From Octopus vulgaris (Eukaryota), in contig OX597817.1 of NCBI GenBank assembly GCA_951406725.2, positions 136,772,001 to 136,836,000 of the forward strand: a DNA stretch of 64,000 bases, given 5' to 3'. The translations under genes were made by a program, and so were the position numbers. This document shows, in pieces, positions 23,200 through 35,952 of the stretch (position 1 is the stretch's first letter; every line of letters starts with the position of its first letter). A model generated the notes under the pieces. It searched no databases and was not told where the DNA came from. It saw only the letters and a program-made list of their open reading frames with translations.

Positions 23200-26100
23200 T
23201 TTATATTGGCCCACCCTGAATCTTATACAGAATGTATAAACATCACATCACTTGGATTCATTGTCATCCATTATGTTTGGCATTGGGAGCAGGTCATTTG
23301 AGGTTATTGCCTCTTAAACCCATATTTATTCCTTTGTGACTTGAGGCTGGGCAGACTTGAAACATTGGGGCTTCACTCAGTGATGCCTAGTTTGGGAATT
23401 TACTCAGCTCTATCCTTATAATTAGGCTACAAGTCCTTTTGAAGGTTTTCTGAATATAAATTAGATTCTTTTCTTCAGGAGGTAGAATCTTAACATTTGC
23501 AGCATCTCTCTGTTGCACATGGCCAATCCTCTTACTGGAGGGCCAATGAATTGCTTTTAGTTCAGGGGTGAGGGTCCCATAACTGGAGGCGATAATTCAG
23601 TTGATTGAGAATAAGTACCTGAGGCAGGTAGCCATACACACGTACACATACACACACACATGCACGCACACGTATATATGTGTATGGATATATATATATA
23701 TATGTATATGTGTGTGTGTGTATATACATATATATATATGTGTTTGTGTGTGTATGTATGTATATATATATGTGTGTGTATGTGTATATATATGTATGTA
23801 TGTGTCTGCCTGCATTTCTATCTTTCTAAATGCACACGTGCTTGTATGTATGTATGTACTTATTTCTGCATACTTTTGTTCTGGCAATGAAAATTTTTTG
23901 TCTTTTCATCTTTTGAGGAAGATGTTGTTTGTCATTTCAAAGGTTATTAACATTCATTGTCCCAGTTAAAATATTTTGTAGTTTCACCAAAATACCGTTT
24001 CCTTATTTTCTGTTTGGATGTCTGGAAATATTCAGAGTGATTTAGATTAGTTCACAAATTTTGTCTTGATTTAACGGATGATAATTAAAAATAAAAGAAA
24101 TCTATAGAAATTGCTGAGAATTCTGTGTCAATGTTGACCAGGGAAACCTGGCAAAGAATGTTTGCAAGTAGAGACAAAAATGATTATTGACGCCAATAAT
24201 AAGAAATATGGAGAGCCAAAGGCAACTAGAATTTGCTGATGAAATATTGCTGGTTCAATACAACATTTGACCCTTTTATATTTCTGACTGATTTACTTGT
24301 GCTGTTTATTATTTCTCCTCGTTTGTAAATAATGGGCTTTGTTTTGTTTTTTTTTTATATTTCTTTTCTAACTTTTTTGTTTCTTTCCACAAAGAAGAAA
24401 CTAACACAGTGTCACAATCCTCCATATGTGTGCAATATTAATAGAATATTGTAATATTGGTTTTGTAAATCAATGTTTAACAAACCTGCTATTGTCACTA
24501 CCACTACCATTAACAACAACAACAGCAACGACAGCTCTACTATTTGTTTCTTTTTCTTGTATTTCTTTACCTAATTACTGTGATGAACTTTTTGACTGGG
24601 TGTCAAAAAGCCACAAGGTTTTGATGCTTTATTTCTATGAATATAATATGTATAAAAGAAAAATTGAAACGTATATGATATTGTAATAAACCATTCATTT
24701 GTAGATTTTGGAATCTTTAGAATCAGTAGTCATTTGTCGGAGTTATTAACTGAAAGTATAAGCTGATAATTTGAAGGAATAATCTGTTATCTAGAGGATT
24801 AAAGATTAATTAACTGAATTTTAAAGATTCAATTAACAGTGTCTGTATTAATGAATTAAGTAATATATGGTTTAATTGCTTTAATACAAATTAATTAATA
24901 GGCTGTGTGCATTAAGGGAGTGATTTACTTTGCAGATTGAATATATTAAAGCATTTCATTGAACAACTATTTTATGGTATAATATAGAATTTGACCTCTA
25001 AATTTGACTATGTGGAAGCTGTTTATTAAATTGGTTGACCATTCTATTGGTTAGATAATTAGATTAATCATTTAAGGATTAACTGGAACGACTCTCAAAA
25101 GGCTTTGTTGCTAGCCTATAATTAAAGTATTGATAAAAAGGTCAACTGGTAATGTACCAACCTGTTTCTATGTCAGTTGTTGCATTTGACTGTGCTTTGT
25201 GTTCCTGTCAGCTTGTTGTATAAAACATCCATCAAGGAAGCACCTGTACATGGTTTCTTTTAATGTTTCCAGACAACTGTCCAGCCATAGAGCATAACAT
25301 TCACGATGTAAAACAGACACAGCATCTAATGTTGCTTTTGAATTCACTATTGTAGTAGATGCTACATACAGGACAAACAATCTGCTAACAAGTCACATGT
25401 CAAAATGTTAATTAAACACTGCAATTAAGTGTTAATCTAAAAGAATCAACCCAAGAGACAGGACAACATTAAGTGTTGCTCTCATGTGAATGCTGATTAA
25501 ACATCAGGAAAATAAAAATCATATTAATTCAGGAAAGGAACAAAGAAAAACTAAAAAATTAAAATGTTATAGAAACTGAAAATGGAACCTTTTTCTGAAT
25601 TGTCTTAAAACATTTAAAGCCATTGGGAGACCATTGATGTGGTGGGTGTCAGACACAAGAACACAGATAAATAAAACCACCAATTGTTGTATTTCATTTG
25701 TGAATATAATAAGGATTGGTTGAGTTCTGTTTGGAGATGAGTCATTTTAGTTTCAATGTCAAGAATTTTTAATATTGACTTGCCTTACGCTGATATTTCA
25801 TCTATTCTTTCATTGAATTCATATTTTGCTTTGTGTTTTATCTCTGGAAACATGTAATTTTCATTGGCATTTTATGAATTGTGACTTTGTCATTTGTTCA
25901 GCCAAAGAGTTTGGCCAATTTTTCTGGTCATACAATGGGGACTTTTATTTACTGCCATCAGTTGTTGTGACTCAAATCCCACTTGTTTAGGGTCAAGACT
26001 GGGAAGAATTTAGTGTGTCACTGAGAGCCTGAGACACTTTCATCCATGAAGTCCCAAATTATTGGTTGAAATGTCAGAAGGAAACAGAAGAGATATTTCC

Positions 26101-27220
26101 AATGAAGTATTAAAGGATTAATTAATAAGATGATGACTATGGAGAAATGAAGATGCCTGTTAATATATTGTAAGGAAGAAGTTTTCAAATGTTCGGCTAA
26201 ATAGATGATCTCATTGCTGAGTGGTCATATCAAAACACAACTCAGTCTCACAAGTGACACCAGGCTAATTATCATCCAAGTCTTCTAATCTATAAACACT
26301 GTGCACTGTTCAAATATTACTTCTGGTTGACTGCCAAAATAGTTTGGAAGTGTCCAGCTTAACTGGTCATAGCATGACATGGGATGAAGGGGATTCTCTT
26401 CTGATTAAATAACTGATTAACTGGAAATGGGAAATAAGTGAAGAGTTAGAAATATTTGCAGTAAAACATGATGATGACTTAGTGTCAAGTGGAGGTATGA
26501 AATTCCGATCTTTGTATTAACAACGCACACACACACGCGCACAGACACACATACGCACACGCGCGCATCTATTTCATAACTCATTCATTTATTCTTTCTT
26601 TTGATGTTAATATATTTGTAGTTTCTACTCTTAGAATGTAAATTTTGTCCATTTATTAAATATTTACACCCACCGGCTTACAGATGAGCAATGATAATTT
26701 TACACTGTTACCAGTTGAACATCTTATTGCTGATGATGAGGCAGATGTGGTGGTTGTTGCTGATTCCGGCTTCCTTTGTCTGGCAATATATGTTTCCTCT
26801 CAGATGATTATTGTTTGGTTTCAGGAATCCATAGGTGGATGTATTATAGATATTTTGTCAGCTGTAGGTCACTATACGATGTGTTGTTAAGCTGCGGATC
26901 AGCCTTTATTGAGCAGAACAATGATCAATGACATTCCAGCTATGACCATCCTGCCTCTTTCATATCTGCTTCTGAATTGTCCTATATGTGTTTCCTTTCT
27001 AATGACAGTGTGGTGTGAGTTCAGGGAGATTTGGTTGTTATTTTTATCAGGTTGAGCAACAGTACAAAAGCTCCCTTCTTGGTGGCAGCAGTTATTGTTT
27101 ACAGATCTGTAAAAAAAAAGTATTCATTTTTGGTTTATTTTCTGAAAATTGGAGCAATTTTTCATTCTAACCTCCTATCTGAGGAAAATATATTTAGAAA
27201 TGTTACAAACAACATCATAC

Positions 27221-27262
<42 letters not shown>

Positions 27263-27394
27263 GTGCGTATGTTCATGTGTGCACATGTATTCTTATATCC
27301 ATGTGCTTGTATGTATCTCTGTATTTAGATGTTTGTGCGTATATATGTATGTGTATGAATGCATCAAACACACATATCTATTCATGTGTGTGTG

Positions 27395-27432
<38 letters not shown>

Positions 27433-27459
27433 TGTGTGTGTGTGAATGCATCAAACTCG

Positions 27460-27760
27460 TGATGGTCTTTCCAAACAGCATTTGTTGCCTGGTATATCGT
27501 TGAATCGTAACTTAGATGTTTCAATATATTCACCTTGCCAATACATACAGTCTACTGTCTCCGAATACTATCAACATTTGCCAGTAAACATTATTGGCAA
27601 GCTATAGGAAATGTTTCTTCACTACATCTGTATTTAGAAATAAATCAATTATTGACAATAACACCGCTTCTACACTATTTTCTTGACTTCTTCCTTATTG
27701 CATAACTTCTCTGAGTTTTCATTTTGAAAAGAGTGTTTAAATATAAAATATTCATGTTGA
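27460..27760 (-). mobile_element. Decayed Penelope-like element, GIY-YIG region
   Basis: Frameshifted minus-strand traces of CP..CL..NV and YIG..E..KLRFND. Weak. Confidence 0.35.
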
Positions 27761-28149
27761 TTTATGTGGATTCAACACATAATGGAACATTTTATACTCA
27801 TGTTGTATACATGTAAATTTAGTCATGTAACTTGAATATATATGTGTGTATGTACGTGTGTGTATGTGTGTGTTATATGCTTGCATATGTTCATGTCTAT
27901 ATGTATGTAAATGTACAATGTATATAAATGTGCATATAAATATGTGTGGGTGTATAGGTACAGATGAGACTGTGTTTGAGAAGTTTGCTCCATAACCACA
28001 TATTTTCATGTTCAATCTCACAGCATAACACACCAGACAAGTATTTTCTGAGTCAACCAAAACTGTGTGTGTCCTTGGTTCGATATTGGGTTCGTGCACA
28101 TTATCTGTTAGAAGTATAAGGTTGGTTTCCCAGTTTCTCTGACGTATAT

Positions 28150-28340
28150 ATATATTTTTTCCTGGATGAGACACCAGTCCCTTGCAGGATTGCTCATGTT
28201 TACCAGCTGAGTGGAGTGGAGCAACATGAAATGAAATGTTTTGTTTAAAGAACACAATGCATCGCTCGGTCTGGGAATTGAACCTACAACCTTACGATGA
28301 AGTGTCTAACACTCTAACCACTGGGACATGTGCTTCCAAT
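28150..28340 (-). mobile_element. SINE family E
   Basis: Reverse of head CACATGTCCCAGTGGTTAGAGTG..GGTTCAATTCCC and core ..TTTCATGTTGCTCCACTCCACTCAGCTGGTAAA. Confidence 0.75.
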
Positions 28341-28627
28341 TTGGCATTAGAGGGTAGATGGTTTGATATCACAGGATGAGTGTCACTGCCCTACAAGCAG
28401 AGATCCTTGTTTCCAGTCTTCCCTGAAAATATGTCCGATAAAGGGGAAATATTATATTGCCTGGAAACAGGTGAGGGTTGGGCGATCCCCAGCCATAGAA
28501 AATCTGTTTCAGTGAATTCTGTCTGCTCCATGCAAGCATGGACAAGTGTGTGTTAAATCAATGATGATGATACATACACATGCATGTGTATGTGTGTTTA
28601 TATATATATAAACACACACATATATAT

Positions 28628-28747
<120 letters not shown>

Positions 28748-29219
28748 CTGTATGTACATATTCATGCGTGTATGATAATGCAAACTATGAATTATGGGTA
28801 ATTTAAAGTTTCATGTCTTGAGTATAAGTCACCAGACCTTTTGTTTATTCAGCAAAATTTTAGAAATTGTTGACGGGGTGGGAGTAGGGGTCCTACTTTC
28901 CATTTCTATTTGGGATCAGGGCTCTTTGATCCTAGAAATGAGTTATGTTCCCTAAACAGTCAATTACAGTCACAGAAATAATTGTAAATAAATTTGAAAT
29001 AATCAGAAATTATTTTAAAAATCTATATGGAAGGAAGAAGGGAAAAAGGAAACGAAAATATTATGTAAAAAAAATAGGTAAAAAGTCAATAAGATTAAAC
29101 TCATTGTTTATTTTGGGTGAGTACATATGTCTGTGCTGAAGTAAATTTCTTCCTGTAGACTTGTATTGAGATGTTAAGTTAGCTATAGCCAAACAATACT
29201 CATTAGGCTTTCTGACTGT

Positions 29220-29522
29220 ATGGTAAGTAGCTTGCTTACCAACCACTTGGTTCCAGGTTCAGTCCTACTGCATGGCACCTTGCGAATGGATTTGGTAGAC
29301 GGAAACTGAAAGAACCCCATCATATATGTGTGTTTGTGTGTCTGTGTTTGTGCTCCTAAAATCACTTGAAAAGTGATGCTGGTGCGTTTACATCACCATA
29401 ACTTAGCAGTTCAGCAAAAAGAGACCAATAGAATAAGCACTAGGCTTACAAAGAATAAGTCCTGGGGCCGATTTGCATGGCTGCAGTCAAATGACTGAAA
29501 CAAATAAAGGAATAAAAGAATA
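29220..29522 (+). mobile_element. SINE family B with internal deletions
   Basis: TGGTAAGTAGCTTGCTTACCAACCAC..GGATTTGGTAGACGGAAACTGAAAGAA..CTAGGCTTACAAAGAATAAGTCCTGGGG..CAGTCAAATGACTGAAAC. Confidence 0.88.
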
Positions 29523-30042
29523 TATATATATATATATATATAAAGGGCATCCAACCATGCCAAAGCAGGCAGTGAAGCTTGGTATAACCATGTGACTTGC
29601 CAGTTTCTGTCAAACTATTTGACCCATGCCAGCATGGAAGGAAGATGTTCCCGACTTATGACCAATTACTTTTTCATCTTAAGTGCATAAGCATTCACAT
29701 GCACACACAAAGAATTGTGTATATATAAATAGGCATATCCCAACTTATATCAGTATTTAGTTCCAATACATGAGAGCTAACTTGAAAAATACAATGTAAC
29801 ACACAAAAAGAAAAGTTTTGTTTTAATTTATTAGCTTATATCTGTTTTAAGAAATACTTTTTGCATATTTTCATCTGTTTTATAATTTGATTCTTTCACT
29901 TCAGTATTGGTTTTTTGGTGTGTTTTTTTAAAATTATATTTTTATATATATTCATTGATATTAACATGAAATCAGATAAAATAACTAAGTTGAAGTTTAG
30001 TTTTTTCTAGTATTTTCTTTAAAAATTTGCTGCTATATATAA

Positions 30043-30115
<73 letters not shown>

Positions 30116-30204
30116 AGAGAGAGAGAGGGAGAGATGTCATATTTCATAATTAATAATTTTATTAAGTACTTCTCCATTTCCTCCTTATTCTTTAAATGTA
30201 CATA

Positions 30205-30259
<55 letters not shown>

Positions 30260-30289
30260 GTATGTGAGGGCACATGGCCTAGCGGTTGG

Positions 30290-30820
30290 GGTGTTGCACA
30301 TGTCCTCAGCTGTCACAGCCCATGTTTCACTGCCATGCAGCATACCTGTTCGCACACAGGCATCAAACAATCTGCCTTTCACTCTGAGAGAGAGGCCCTT
30401 TGTTGCCAGCTGGGGTAGGAGCTCTCTGAACTTTGCCCAACCTAATTTCATTCTCACAAGTACACTGATGGAGCATCCACCTCCACTAATAACTTGGTCA
30501 CCTAGATAACGGAAGCTATCTACTACTTCAAGCTTGCACCCCCACCCCCGGGGAGTTGGTGGAGTCTATTTTCTGCACATTTTCAGCATTTAATGTACCT
30601 GCGCATCTTCCATATACAAAAGCTAGTTTTCCTGTTATCTTTCCTCTGATGTTGCTGCTCCTTTTATGTGTCCAAAGCTCACACTAAGTGCATCTTATGG
30701 AGTTTCTACCTACACCTATTCTACAGATACAGCAGGGCCGTCTATCTCAAGAGATTTGTGATTTGTCTGCCTTCCTACTTAGTAAGACTTTGTTTTTTGC
30801 TAGGTTAACTCAAAGGTCCT
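30290..30820 (-). mobile_element. RTE-clade LINE fragment with PHD-like finger
   Basis: MKLGWAKFRELLPQLATKGLSLRVKGRLFDACVRTGMLHGSETWAVT (ORF 30185-30457). Upstream: VVDSFRYLGDQVISGGG and PCCICRIGVGRNSIRCT*CELWTHKR. Confidence 0.9.
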
Positions 30821-31187
30821 TTGATTATATGTGTGTGTGTCTGTTCTGTCCTCACCTTCGAAACACGCTGGAGTTGAACTAGGGACAGCTGATGAAGGGG
30901 ATTTTTCCTTGTGTAGTTGTCTTGTACTCTGTTTTTTTGTTGTTTAAAAAATGGTCCGTTCCATGCTGTTTTTACCTTTTCGTTTCTCATTGAGTTCTAC
31001 ATCTATTTGTGGTGTCCTGTACACACGTATATATATTTATATATGCATGTATATATACATGTAGATGTAGGTACGTACACATATGTTTGTATGTATGCAT
31101 ATATTTTATTTATTACACTGTTGTATGACTGAGTGCCCTCGCATCGATTCGATTCATTTCGTTTTGTTTCTTCCTCTTCTCTAAGCT

Positions 31188-31222
<35 letters not shown>

Positions 31223-31289
31223 GTATGTGTATTTTTTCAATGTGTACAAATAACACAGAAAAGGAAATAAATAGTTACCAGGGTAGCAA

Positions 31290-31990
31290 AACTGTTTGGT
31301 TGATAATTCCATATGGTAAGCAGATCAAATCCAACCTCCCTTACCAGTTTCATGAAGCTATAGATATGAATTTCCCCCAAAATTCAAGATAGTATTCCAC
31401 TATCAATTCACACTGAATCACAATAGGCTTTTCAAACACCAAAAACCCTGTCACAAATCATCTCTTTGCATAACAATAAGTTGTTAAATACAAACCCACT
31501 TAATGAAAATAAAAACATTGATATTATTAACACTAACCATTCTTTAAATAATAATAGCAACAATATTAGTATTTCTGATATAAATTCCAATTGCATACAT
31601 TTCCTTAGCAGTAATTCTAAGACAAGAAACTCTATTCATCAATGTAAAATTACTTCCAGTTCTGATGTCTTTTTTTATGTAGGTAGTTCTTCATCTCAGT
31701 TGTTCAAAAAAATATCTAAACATTACTCTACATTTAGACATATCAATAAATGTAACAATACTGAGCTTAGTATATTGATTTGGTCTCTAAAAGAACATAG
31801 ACAATTTAATTTAAAATGGAATATTCTATCTAGGTCCTTTCCCTATGATAAAGGTAAATCTTTTTGTATGCTCTGTAACAATGAACTGTATTTCATCCTT
31901 TTCTCAGAGAATCCTCTTGTAAACATGTTTAAAGAACGCGTTTAGTGTTGCAAACATTGGAAAAAACATATCTTTAGTTCCTTTAAGTAA
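31290..31990 (+). mobile_element. Penelope-like retroelement fragment: RT thumb/linker plus GIY-YIG endonuclease
   Basis: IIPYGKQIKSNLPYQFHEAIDMNFP..QIISLHNNK, then SIHQCKITSSSDVFFYVGSS..KHYSTF..NNTELSILIWSLKE..LKWNIL..CMLCNNELYFIL..LVN..CCKHWKK*. This matches the PLE pattern (IYxCxI..YIG; TELSxxIWxLK; CxLC..E; CxH). AT-rich 3' region continues to ~32300. Confidence 0.88.
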
Positions 31991-32334
31991 TTTCTACTAG
32001 TCTATAAAATTCGACCTTTAACTGTCTTCTTACATTTCATTTCCACTAAATATATCTATTTCCATGCCTTTAATCTTTATTCCTATTCACCTATCGCACT
32101 ATATTTCCCCACTTTTAATTTTCTCCTAATTTCTTTCTTCCTCCTTCATTTCTTTTTATAAATTGCTTTTGACGTTATATCTATTAATGGTTTTTTTTAA
32201 AAATAACTTACCAACATCATATATACAGTAATCACATTCAGTTAAAATGTCTTATTGATGCATTTTGTTTCTCTTCCCACCACCCCTGATGAGAAGATTG
32301 CCTTGTTTTACATTATATTATTATTATTATTATT

Positions 32335-32570
32335 TCTTTCTACTAAAGGCACATGGCCTACCTGAAATTTTGGGTGCATTGAACCCAGTGAATGAATGGT
32401 ACTTATTTTATCAACCCTGAAAGGATGAAAGGCAAAGTCAATGATGGTAGAATTTGAAATAAATTCCAGTTGGGCACTGGGGTCAATTATATCAACTAAT
32501 CCTTTCCCCCAAAACTTCAGGACCTGAGTCTGTAGCAGAAAGGATTATTATTATTATTATTATTATTATT
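32335..32570. mobile_element. Two family A SINE 3' fragments in opposite orientation
   Basis: 32335-32460 is a minus-strand core (GGTACTTATTTTATCAACCCTGAAAGGATGAAAGGCAAAGTC); 32465-32545 is a plus-strand 3' end (CACTGGGGTCAATT..GTAGCAGAAAGGATTATT). Confidence 0.7.
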
Positions 32571-32599
32571 ATTTAGTCATAGTAGTAATAGTAGATTTT

Positions 32600-32990
32600 T
32601 TTCTTAATTTCTTTTGTTCACTCATCATCTTGTTAGTCTGTTGGTATTAGATTGTTAGATATTAAGATACATCCTGCAACCATTAGTATTTGACTCTTTT
32701 CTTGTATTCCTCCTGTTCCAAGTAAACATGCCTTCTGTCGTGTCAGGAAATTCTCATCTCAGTATTATTTAATCAATTCAAACTTCTTGCAACTTTTCCT
32801 ATTGTCGTTATTGTTACAATTAGTTAATGACAACTTCATGGCCATTCTAAATTCTCTGGAGTTTGTCCTGGTTTTTGTCTCTTGTTCTTGTATCAAGCAT
32901 AGAAGCAATCATTAAACAAAACTGTTTAGGTACAAATGTTTTGTTTGTCTATTGGTTCTCAAGGACATCTTTGCTTTTATGATCATACTA
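32600..32990 (-). mobile_element. R4/Dong-like LINE 3' end (REL endonuclease C-terminus), decayed
   Basis: Minus strand RQKACLLGTGGI (~32705-32742; cf. LQKACLLGTARI). Its 3' side abuts (TTA)n, which is (TAA)n on the element strand. Confidence 0.6.
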
Positions 32991-33130
32991 TTTTTAGAAC
33001 TCTGGAAAAAACCCCAAAAAACCATACCCTCTGTTGAACATTAGGGTCAATAGGATTGACTGCTCCACCACTCCCTAAAGTTTCTGGACCTTGTGTCAAA
33101 ATGTGAGACTATTCTTGTTATTATTATTGG

Positions 33131-33345
33131 GGCTGTGAGCTGATGGAATTGTTGGCACATTGGACAAAATGCTTAGTGACATTTCCCCTGGCTTTATGTT
33201 CTGAGTTCAAACACTGCTGAGGTCAACTTCGCATTTCATCCTTTTGGGATCAATAAAATAAGTACTAGGCAATTACTGGCATCAACAAAATCAACTAAGC
33301 CCTCCCCACAAATACCAGGTCCTTGTGTCAATAGTAGAAAGGACC
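33131..33345 (+). mobile_element. SINE family A
   Basis: GAGCTGATGGAATTGTTGGCAC..TTCTGAGTTCAAAC..GCATTTCATCCTTTTGGGATCAATAAAATAAGTAC..TAGTAGAAAGG. Confidence 0.82.
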
Positions 33346-34959
33346 ACAACTACTACTATGACTGCTGCTGCTGCCTGTCTAGCCTTGTGCATTTTTAATT
33401 CCTTTTCATTATTAATTCAATATTATTTTATTTAGATATTTCCTCTTTTCATTTTGTCTGCTCATGTATTTCTCTGTTATTCATTTACCAACTTCCACTT
33501 GAAGAATTGATCTATCCAACAAGCTAGTTCTCTATATTGACCATTCCTTGTTCTACACTTAAATTCCGTTCTCTTATTTGCCATTTTTCTCAACCTGAAA
33601 CCAAAACTATTGTCACTCACCTATCCTGGATTCTGTTTAACAACAAAACTTTGATTAATGAACAAATAAATACAAAGACCACCTCACCCAAATCGCATAA
33701 TTTGGGATCCCTAAGCTTCTTGGTATACCCAACCATTTATTTATAGTCCTACTCGCTTGGATCTCTCACCAAACAGTTTTTTTTATATATATACTTGTTA
33801 TTCCTCAAGATACTTTTCATTTGTACTTGTTTTCATTCTCTCATTTATTTATCTGCCTAATATATTTTATCTTATTATTTATCTCATTATCTCATTATCT
33901 ATTCATTTTTTTGTTTATTTACTTGTTATTTATCTACATATTTTAAATTTCCCTTAACATTTTATCTCTCTCTTTTTATTAATTATTTAGTTTTTCACTT
34001 ACAGTTTTACTTAGCTATTTATCAATTACTAATTCACTTTAAAGATTCCTTCAAATTATTTTCATTCTGCTTACACTCACTTCTTATTGAACTCATTTAG
34101 CACTAAACCCTTCACCTCCCTTTCCAATCCCACAATTATTTAATAACTACCTGCCATCAAAGTATTTTTCTAGACAAATTGACCACACCCACAATTGATC
34201 TCCTCCAAAACCTCCTTTATGCAAGCATATTTTAAAGAACAACCACCATAAATATTTTACTCTCTGATGAAAAATTCCTCACAATGTAACAGTACTGGTC
34301 TTGTTAGTCAACTATCATTAAATGGACAAATATGTAAATAACCTTCTACACAATGTATTGTCTACCTTACTGTTACTGTGGTCCTGCTTGTTTCTTATGG
34401 AATGAAATCTCTACAATTATGAGTGTATGTATATGTATATATATATATATATATATATGATACATATAGGAAAACTAGGACTCAGGACATGAATGCGTGT
34501 GTGTGTGTGTGTAAGCCTGACCTTTCTTTCTTGGTTTGACTACCATCCATGCAACATCTATATTCCTTCCCATGCCTGTCATCCCAGGTGTCCCTACCAT
34601 AAAGCATCCCTTCCACACACACCAGCTTAATTTAATTCGTCTGTAGTCAAAAGACACCTTTTGTTAATGTCCTGTTGTCTTCATTTGTATTTGTGTACCA
34701 TTTCTCCATCTTTGTTTTCATATACATTCGCTGCTTTCATCCAAGGAATCTAATGCTCTTAGCTTAGTTTTTCCTTGGGGCTGGCCAGATTGGAGCAATC
34801 TTGAGTATAACCTGCTGAAATTTCAAAGATAATCGGGAACTCAACTGAAGAAAGAAAATTCCAAATGACCCATCCTTGTTTTTTTTTTTTTTTTTGTATC
34901 GTCTGACTGGATGTTTTGTGTTCTTGTCCCATTTTTGGTATTCCTTTTTATATATATTG

Positions 34960-35012
<53 letters not shown>

Positions 35013-35149
35013 TATTTAGCAGAAGCAGCTGTGTAACTCAAGAGCTGAGAGTTTCATGTATCAGCTAATAATATATATATATATAATCATTTTATGTTTG
35101 CTTTCCATACAGATGTATATAAATATAAGGGAAAAGTATCAGTGATCAG

Positions 35150-35340
35150 TTCATCATCATTGTTCAAAGTCTGTTTTCCATGCTGGCATGGGTTGGATGG
35201 TTTGACTGGGGACTGGCAAGCCAGGAGGCCTCACCAGGTTCCAATCTGACCTGGGAACGTTTCTACAGCTCGATGCCTTTTCCTAACACCAACCACTCCA
35301 AGAGTGTAGTGGGTGATTTTATGTGCCACGGAGCCAGTGA
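35150..35340 (-). mobile_element. Family D element
   Basis: (CAT)n-..TTTTCCATGCTGGCATGGGTTGGATGG..GATGCCTTTTCCTAACACCAACCACTCC. Confidence 0.8.
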
Positions 35341-35536
35341 GTTGTGCAAAGAAAGAGTTCAATACAATTTATTTTATAGAATAAAAGAAAATATTTTCTG
35401 TGGTATTTCTGTGTGAATTTGATATGACAGCAGTGCATGTGTTGTTGCATTTATGTGTGTGGTGTAGTGATTTAAGTTACAGTCTTTTCTCTGAAGTGTC
35501 CTTGGAACCCCTTCTGTTTCTTGTGCAAAATTGTAA

Positions 35537-35952
35537 GGTGCAGAAGTGGTTGTGTGGTAAGTAGCTTGCTTCCCAACCACATGGTTCCCGGTTCAGTCCC
35601 ACTGTGTGTCACCCTGGGCAAGTGTCTTCTAGTATAGCTTTGGGCCAACCAAAACCTTGCGAATGGATTTGGTAGATGGAAACTGAAAGAAGCCCGTCGT
35701 ATATATATATATATATATATATATATTCATAGAGAGAGAGAGAGATGTGTGTGTCTGTGTTTGTCCCCCCAACATCGCTTGACAACCAGTGCTGGTGTGT
35801 TTATGTTCTCGTAACTTAGTGGTTTGGTAAAAGAGACCAATAGAATAACTACTAGGCTTACAAAGAATAAGTCCTGGGGTCGATTTGCTCGACTAAAGGA
35901 GGTGCTCCAGCATGGCTGCAGTCAAATGACTGTAACAAGTAAAAGAATAAAA
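35537..35952 (+). mobile_element. SINE family B, full length
   Basis: Head, CCCTGGGCAAGTGTCTTC core, (TA)n(GA)n spacer and complete 3' half. Confidence 0.9.

Noticed and set aside
25265-25312. Possible small exon tttccag|ACAACTG...CACGAT|gtaaaa
   Set aside because: Weak donor, length 35 nt (not a multiple of 3), and no recognisable peptide.
33500-34950. Possible further Penelope 3' relics (ICHFSQPETK..LFNNK; CTGATGA at 34265; T-rich block at 34520-34950)
   Set aside because: No GAAA half or stem II and only marginal protein resemblance; plausible but unsupported.
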